Source: Eledone cirrhosa (lineage: Eukaryota). From it: a stretch of 64,000 nt of DNA. Location: positions 58,094,001 to 58,158,000 of the forward strand of contig OZ024746.1 of the NCBI GenBank assembly GCA_964016885.1, read 5' to 3'. Position 1 is the stretch's first letter. Every line of letters starts with the position of its first letter. Below the pieces are notes generated by a model that ran no database searches, was not told where the DNA came from, and saw only the letters and a program-made list of their open reading frames with translations. Below are positions 57,440 through 64,000 of this stretch, piece after piece. The translations under genes and the position numbers were made by a program.

Positions 57440-57610
57440 AATTGTTTCTACTGTTGGCGCAAGGCCAGCATATACACCAGTACATTACTGGTACTTTATG
57501 TTATCGACCCCCGTAACGATGAAAGGCAGAGTTAACCACGGCGGGAGTTTGTAAAGGGCCGTAACTCTATGCTGGAATGCATGGCCTCCGAATCTCTACC
57601 GATACTGCTG
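57440..57610 (-). mobile_element. SINE family A sharing the (AAT)n tract with the Dong 3' end
   Basis: Reverse complement of the consensus. Confidence 0.8.
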
Positions 57611-58099
57611 ACGGGCGTTTCGCTATTGATCAGTGGTGGTTTAGCTATGAGGAATGTGTAAGACAAAACACCACACCCTACTACTCTAATCAACCATCGC
57701 TTCCCACTACCATCCCGTCACTATGCTCATCTCCCACCTATCACACATGCTAAAACATTCCTTATAGCTAAACCACCAATGAAAACATCTAAATTGACCA
57801 CCATATGAACGTGAAACGTTACACACATTTCTATGCTTTTTATGTTCATTCTCTCATTACAACAGCAGAGGTCCGACGAACTTTTGATTCCAAAGTCGGG
57901 CCAGATCGATACAGATCGAATCTTGAACTGATCAATAGCGAAAAACGCGACACCACTCAATAAAAGTAATGAAGGCTTAACACGTCATCCTTGTATTATT
58001 ATATTACACTATCTAGCTGTACACCTCGCTACTGACGTGAACCTAAACATCGAGTGCTCACCTGCATGATCCTACAATAACTTGACGTTAAAATTCCTG

Positions 58100-58730
<631 letters not shown>

Positions 58731-59332
58731 TGGTACTTATCAAAGCCAATCTGAAATAGAGATATATATATTTTCAGCAAACAGGTGGTGTACTTGTCTT
58801 TGATAAGTACCAATCAGTACGAAACATAGCTCTGTAAGCTTTATCTCCCCTGTTTGCTGATAATTTAATGTAAGTGAGACTGTCACTACTTTAAAACAAT
58901 AGCATAAGGTCTTCGAAATGCTTTTAATTAAACATACAGTGTATTGCAAAATACACTATATATACATTCATATATATATCGCTATTTCAGAGCGCCAATT
59001 CTAATTTTCAATTTCTGCTTGACCGGCAACCGCTCTGTATAATCAGTTCCTGATTATTACTAGAAATTCTATAAGAATCAAACATTCATGATTTTCAGCA
59101 AACACATGGAGTACTTGGCTTTGATAAGTACCAATCAGTACAAAACATAGCTCTGTCAGCTGTATCTCCCTTGTTTGCTGAAAATTTAAAGTAAGTGAGA
59201 CTGTCTCTACTTTAAAACAATATCATAAAGTCTTCGAAATGCTACTAATTAAGCATACAATGTATTTCAAAATACACTATATATACATTCATATATATAT
59301 CGCTATTTCAGAGCGCCAATTTTAATTTTCAT

Positions 59333-59369
<37 letters not shown>

Positions 59370-59376
<7 letters not shown>

Positions 59377-60211
59377 GGAAAAAAGGAAACGAAATTTCAT
59401 TTCCCACTCTTAGTACGGCTGTTACTTAAATATAAGTATGTATACGTACATACATATATGTATACAGACTTACAGTAGTATGTATATATATATATATATA
59501 TACATACATGCACACATATATATATGTACGTATGGATTCACCAAACATTTATTATAATGCTCGGTGTCGTTGTAAATAAACATCCCGTATTAAGCCGTAG
59601 TGTCTAGCAACCACTGTTGCTCGTTTGTTCAACACTGACAAAAGAAGGCTGTACTAGTTTCAAGCTTGTTAGCTATCGTCAACGGTGGTTGCTAGACACT
59701 ACGGCTTAATACGGGATGTTTGTTTACAAACACACCGAGCATTGTAATAAATGTTTGGTTAATCCATACGTACATATATATATGTGTTCATGTATGTATA
59801 TATACATACTACTGTACGTCTGTATACATATATGTATGTACATATACATACTTATATTTAAGTAACAGCCGTACTAAGAGTGGGAAATGAAATTTCATTT
59901 CATTTTTTCCGTTTATCGTTTTCGGTGCACCCGGCCGATTAACCCACATGATATGCAAATTGGGCTACTCAGCCGTTAATATGCATAAGGAAAGTACATA
60001 CTTTCGGACGTTCAACCATCTGGCAGGAAGGTATACGTTGCTGACGATAGCTAACAAGCTTGAAACTAGTACAGCGTCCATTTGTCAGTGTTGAACAAAC
60101 GAGAAACGGTGGTTGCTAGACACTACGGCTTAATACGGGATGTTTGTTTACAAACACACCGAGCATTATAATAAATGTTAGGTGAATCCGTGCGTACATA
60201 TATATATGTGT
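59370..60211. mobile_element. Second array of the same retrozyme-like family
   Basis: Minus arm 59370-59683. Plus arm 59684-60211 is more than one 424-nt monomer (ggtggttgctagac at 59684 and 60108). Confidence 0.75.
60035..60077 (+). ncRNA. Minimal type I hammerhead ribozyme, canonical core
   Basis: ACGTTG-CTGACGA-T-AGCT(aaca)AGCT-T-GAAA-CTAG-TA-CAGCGT: 6-bp stem I, stem II, palindromic stem III, GUA site. Confidence 0.85.
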
Positions 60212-61311
60212 TGGATTTAGAACGTAGCACAATGGAAAGCATCCAGCAGATAGCTAATTCCATACACCAGAGTATAACTGTCACTATCCTCTACCCTTCC
60301 AAACACCCTAAGAATAGATTACCTGTATTAGACACGGAACTCTGGATTAGCACTATAGACGAGAGAGCCCAAATTCTCCCCTCACACTATGCTAAACCCA
60401 TGGCCTCCAAATACCTGATACTGAAAAACTCAGCAATGTCCAGTATTGCTAAATTTAATATTCTGATCGCAGACTTGGTACGAGTGATGAAGAACGTGTC
60501 CCGCATGTGCGACCCAACAGAAATGGAAAGAGACATCCAACACTTCATCACCTGCATGCAGTTCTCTGGCTACAACCAAAGAGACAGAGTCAGAGTATAC
60601 GAAGGAGCCACGGAGAAGTATAAGACCCTCATAGAACTGGACATAAAAGGAATTTGCCCATTATACAGGAGCAAATCATGGAATAGATTAGATAGGGCTA
60701 GACATAAGATAGGGAAAGCCACCTGATGGTACGACAACCAGAGATACCAGAGTGTCATGTTTGTGGATGCTACTCCTGAAGGAAAATTAGCTAACCAGTG
60801 TAAAAAGGCCCTGAGAAAGACCCACTTAAAGATTAAGGTGGTAGAAAAGCCAGAAACCACCATAAAATCCCTGATCAGCAAAACCTACCCTTTTACGAAA
60901 ACCCACTATACTAATAGGAAATGTATCAAATGTAAGGTAAACCCCCGGATAGACTTTAAAACTAGAAACGTAGTCTATAGCATAAGATCTACAGAGGGTA
61001 CTTGCAGAAACATGACAACAACATACATAGGCGAGACAGCTCGTAGCATAGGTGAAAGGATAGACCAACACTGGGGGGAACTAAAAGGACGAAAAAACGG
61101 ATCAGTACTATACGAACATGCCAGACAACAACATGACGGTAACATAGACAACATAGAAATTAGAATAATATCTAAACATAGAAATGACCCAGCAGATAGG
61201 CAAATCAGAGATGCCAGTGAAATAGAACTTAGAAGGTCAAGGATAAACAGAAAGAATGAATGGAATAACAACAACACCCAAACAAACAACACTGACCTAA
61301 GAGAAGTATAA
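60212..61311 (+). pseudogene. PLE RT C-terminus and GIY-YIG endonuclease with one in-frame TGA
   Basis: ORFs 60175-60726 and 60757-61311 are in the same frame and separated only by TGA at 60724-60726. Confidence 0.85.
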
Positions 61312-61571
61312 ATAAATAAAGAGATAAATGAATAAATAAATACATACACAAGCACAATAACAACAAATACATATAAACACACACTAGTAAAGATAGAATA
61401 CATTAACCAATACACAGTAACCCAAACACGAACACACATCAAACAAAACACTATACACACACGCAAACGCATGCGTAAAGAAGACAAATAAAATAAACAA
61501 ATAAATAAATATATAAACAGACTAAATAAAGATGGTTTAGAAAATACAATGCAACGGGAGGAAACAATAGC

Positions 61572-61612
61572 ACCACTGACGATGTTGCAGATGCGCAAGG
61601 AAAGAACTTTGA
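61572..61612 (+). ncRNA. Degenerate hammerhead downstream of the PLE ORF; better copy at about 35872-35915 minus
   Basis: CTGACGA-TGTTGCA(ga)TGCGCAAG-GAAA. The copy reads CTGACGA-TGTTGCAGATGTGCAAC-GAAA. Confidence 0.55.
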
Positions 61613-61817
61613 TAAGCTATATATATGTGTTTGTGTCTATATTGTATCTGTATTATGTTTTACCGTTGGTCAGTTAATGGCAACATTGAGGACCGAATAA
61701 ATTAGATTACCGATATAAAAGACACAAAAGCGAAAAGCGAAAACCAAACAAACGGTGAGTATGTTCTGTTATTAATTCTGGCAATATTACACAAATATGA
61801 CCCTCCCCAAGTATAAC

Positions 61818-61857
<40 letters not shown>

Positions 61858-61930
61858 TATGTGTGTGTGTGCGTGCGTTTAAGCGTTAAACGATAATAGA
61901 ATTATAATGAATTTATTTCTTTATTGTTTA

Positions 61931-62727
61931 CTAGCAGTAAAGCCCGGCGTTGCTCGGGGTCGCTCAGTAGCTGTGTTAAAGTTACAATGTTAAGTTTCTT
62001 TCTTGGCTTAAAAACTGTAGTGTCTACTGTGCAGACTTGCATGTGGTGTTTTTGATTAATATTCCCTCAACCAACAATATGCCTTATGAAGTTAAGAAAA
62101 CATAACGATAACCCGAATGTTATAACAAAAGAGGATGCTGGGGATAGAAACTGCACTGGTTATTTATTAACAAAGATCGAAAATGTAAACACTGCAACGC
62201 AGAGAAAAACATTAGCGTAACCAAATTATCAGTTATGTCTGTCTGCACGCCTATATCAGCTCTCTGCACGACTGTCTGTCTGCACGACTGTCTGTCTGCA
62301 CGCCTAACGACGAAATATTTGCTTGTTTTACGTAGTCTTTAAATAGACTTGTTTTCAAGTAAAAATATTGTTTTAAAATGCTTTTAAATGGAAATGAAGC
62401 AAAACGGAAGCTTAGTGTTCGAACTGATGAATTTTGCAGGTCAATATTTTGCTGGCTCGACGAAAGCCAGCGTAATTGTTTACGTAAGACGCTCAATGTA
62501 AACAGAACAAAGGGAAATAACTGATAACTTACGCTCAAAAATCGATACATTATATTCGATTTCGTCACATAGGGTGGGTCAATTTGAAATTTTTTTTTTC
62601 CGATGTCTTCGCTAGGGTTCAGTGTACAAGTATAGCAATTTCGGTGCAATTCTGTGAGAGATTCTAAGAGGAGATGTGTGCCAAAAATCGATAGACAGAC
62701 AGACAACCACAGTTTTATATATATAGA
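61931..62727 (-). mobile_element. Non-autonomous Helitron, deletion derivative of the 16329-23285 family
   Basis: About 305 bp near-identical to 16329-16634 (CTAG end and hairpin) and about 230 bp near-identical to 23055-23285 (TC end). Inserted between A and T. Confidence 0.93.
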
Positions 62728-63139
62728 TTATACATTGAAAGAAACCGTCAGTTTGTCATCGTTACTCTCCTTTATAGTATGGAGGAACAACTGCAATAAT
62801 TGTGTATGATGTAGTATATCACTGCCACGTAAAGCATATATTTGGCATATATGATGCGTGATTTGTCTGTGGTTTATATTATATAAAGATGATTTCATAA
62901 TATATGTGGTGTGTAAGATATTTAATATATCACATGTTGACCGTGTACTGTATAACATATTTTCTGTCAAATTAAATTATTAGATGTTGCTTAGGTTGTG
63001 TAGATGCTGTTTGGAAAATAACATAATATTCACTTATTACTGAACATAATATCAACAACATTTGTATGCTCCAGACCTGAAAAATTATTCCTTATCATAT
63101 TACGTTTAGTGATTATTATTTATATAATATTTGGGTGGT

Positions 63140-63326
63140 GGATTGGCAGTATCGGTAGAGGGTCGGACGCCATGCTTTGACGCATAGAGTTACGGCCCTC
63201 GCCATACTGAGTTCAAATCCCGCTGAAGTTAACTTTGCCTTTCATCCTTACGGGGTCGATAAAATAAAGTACCAGTAATACACTGGGATAATTTCTGGCC
63301 TTGTGCCAAAAGTAGAAACAATTATT
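63140..63326 (+). mobile_element. SINE family A
   Basis: Full match to the consensus. Confidence 0.88.
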
Positions 63327-64000
63327 CATATAATATTTCATAGTATCTACCATAAGGTGCATATTTGTATTTCCAGTACGATTTGTATTTCATAATGCAT
63401 ACGGTAATCTATCAAAGTATTTAGAATATCATTCTTCTCTTGATTAGTTTTCCCTAATCTTGTCTTTCTGATATTGCACGCCAGTGTTAATTGTAACAGG
63501 GCTGTTGTAAGGCAGTGAATGCTTTATATTCATACATATTTCAAACTTAGTTACGAGAGGATTGACGACGCCATATATATCTGTTCGCGATGCCTCAGTA
63601 ACTGATAGACAGAAAACCTCAACATAATCTCAGACAATCCCCGAAATATTCACTGTCAAAGGTGTTTATTATCTACATTCACATATTCTTGAACCGGCGT
63701 CGGTTCTATTGAAGAGTATTCTATTGAAGAGCATCCTGCTCACAAAATAAACTTGCATGTGGCTGAGCATACCACCGTCTCGCGAATTTCAACGAAGTTC
63801 GGGTTATTCAGTGTGAGTGTGACAAACATATACCTTTCAAATGCATATATTATACACACACAAATATACATAAATATACACACATACATCCATGCATACA
63901 CACATACATGCATACATAACAAAATACATCCATGCATACATACATACATACGTACATAGATACATCCATCCCTCCGTCCATCCATAGATACATACATACA

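Larger units (their letters stand above)
60212..61820 (+). mobile_element. 5'-truncated Penelope-like element (Naiad-like, inferred) with pseudo-LTR
   Basis: RLPVLDTELW, HYAKPMAS, FVDATPEG, KVVEK, NVVYSI..YIGETARSIGERIDQH. HHR in the 3' region. Reverse copies of the 3' end at 3092-3275 and 35672-36015. Confidence 0.88.

Overview
Eukaryotic, AT-rich, microsatellite-saturated DNA with no recognisable host gene. The SINE families and repeat landscape suggest an octopod cephalopod (inference). Most listed ORFs are (TA)n/(CA)n artefacts. Supported content: a full-length but frameshifted Helitron (16329-23285, minus) whose empty target site survives in an adjacent duplicate; two non-autonomous Helitrons; a Dong/R4-type RLE LINE in (TAA)n that lacks its RT catalytic motif; several Penelope-like element (PLE) remnants with inverted pseudo-LTRs; RTE fragments; more than 10 tRNA-derived SINEs; hAT-like MITEs. 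The most striking signal is a dense set of fold-back elements anchored in (TA)n tracts that carry minimal type I hammerhead ribozyme (HHR) motifs, about 20 copies in roughly 10 families. These include an ORF-less, seamless head-to-tail family of about 420-550 nt with one HHR per monomer (retrozyme-like), one array of which abuts a GIY-YIG PLE ORF, and a palindromic family whose HHR-like core has a compensatory U3-A8 pair. All folds and boundaries were assigned by eye; no database search was run.
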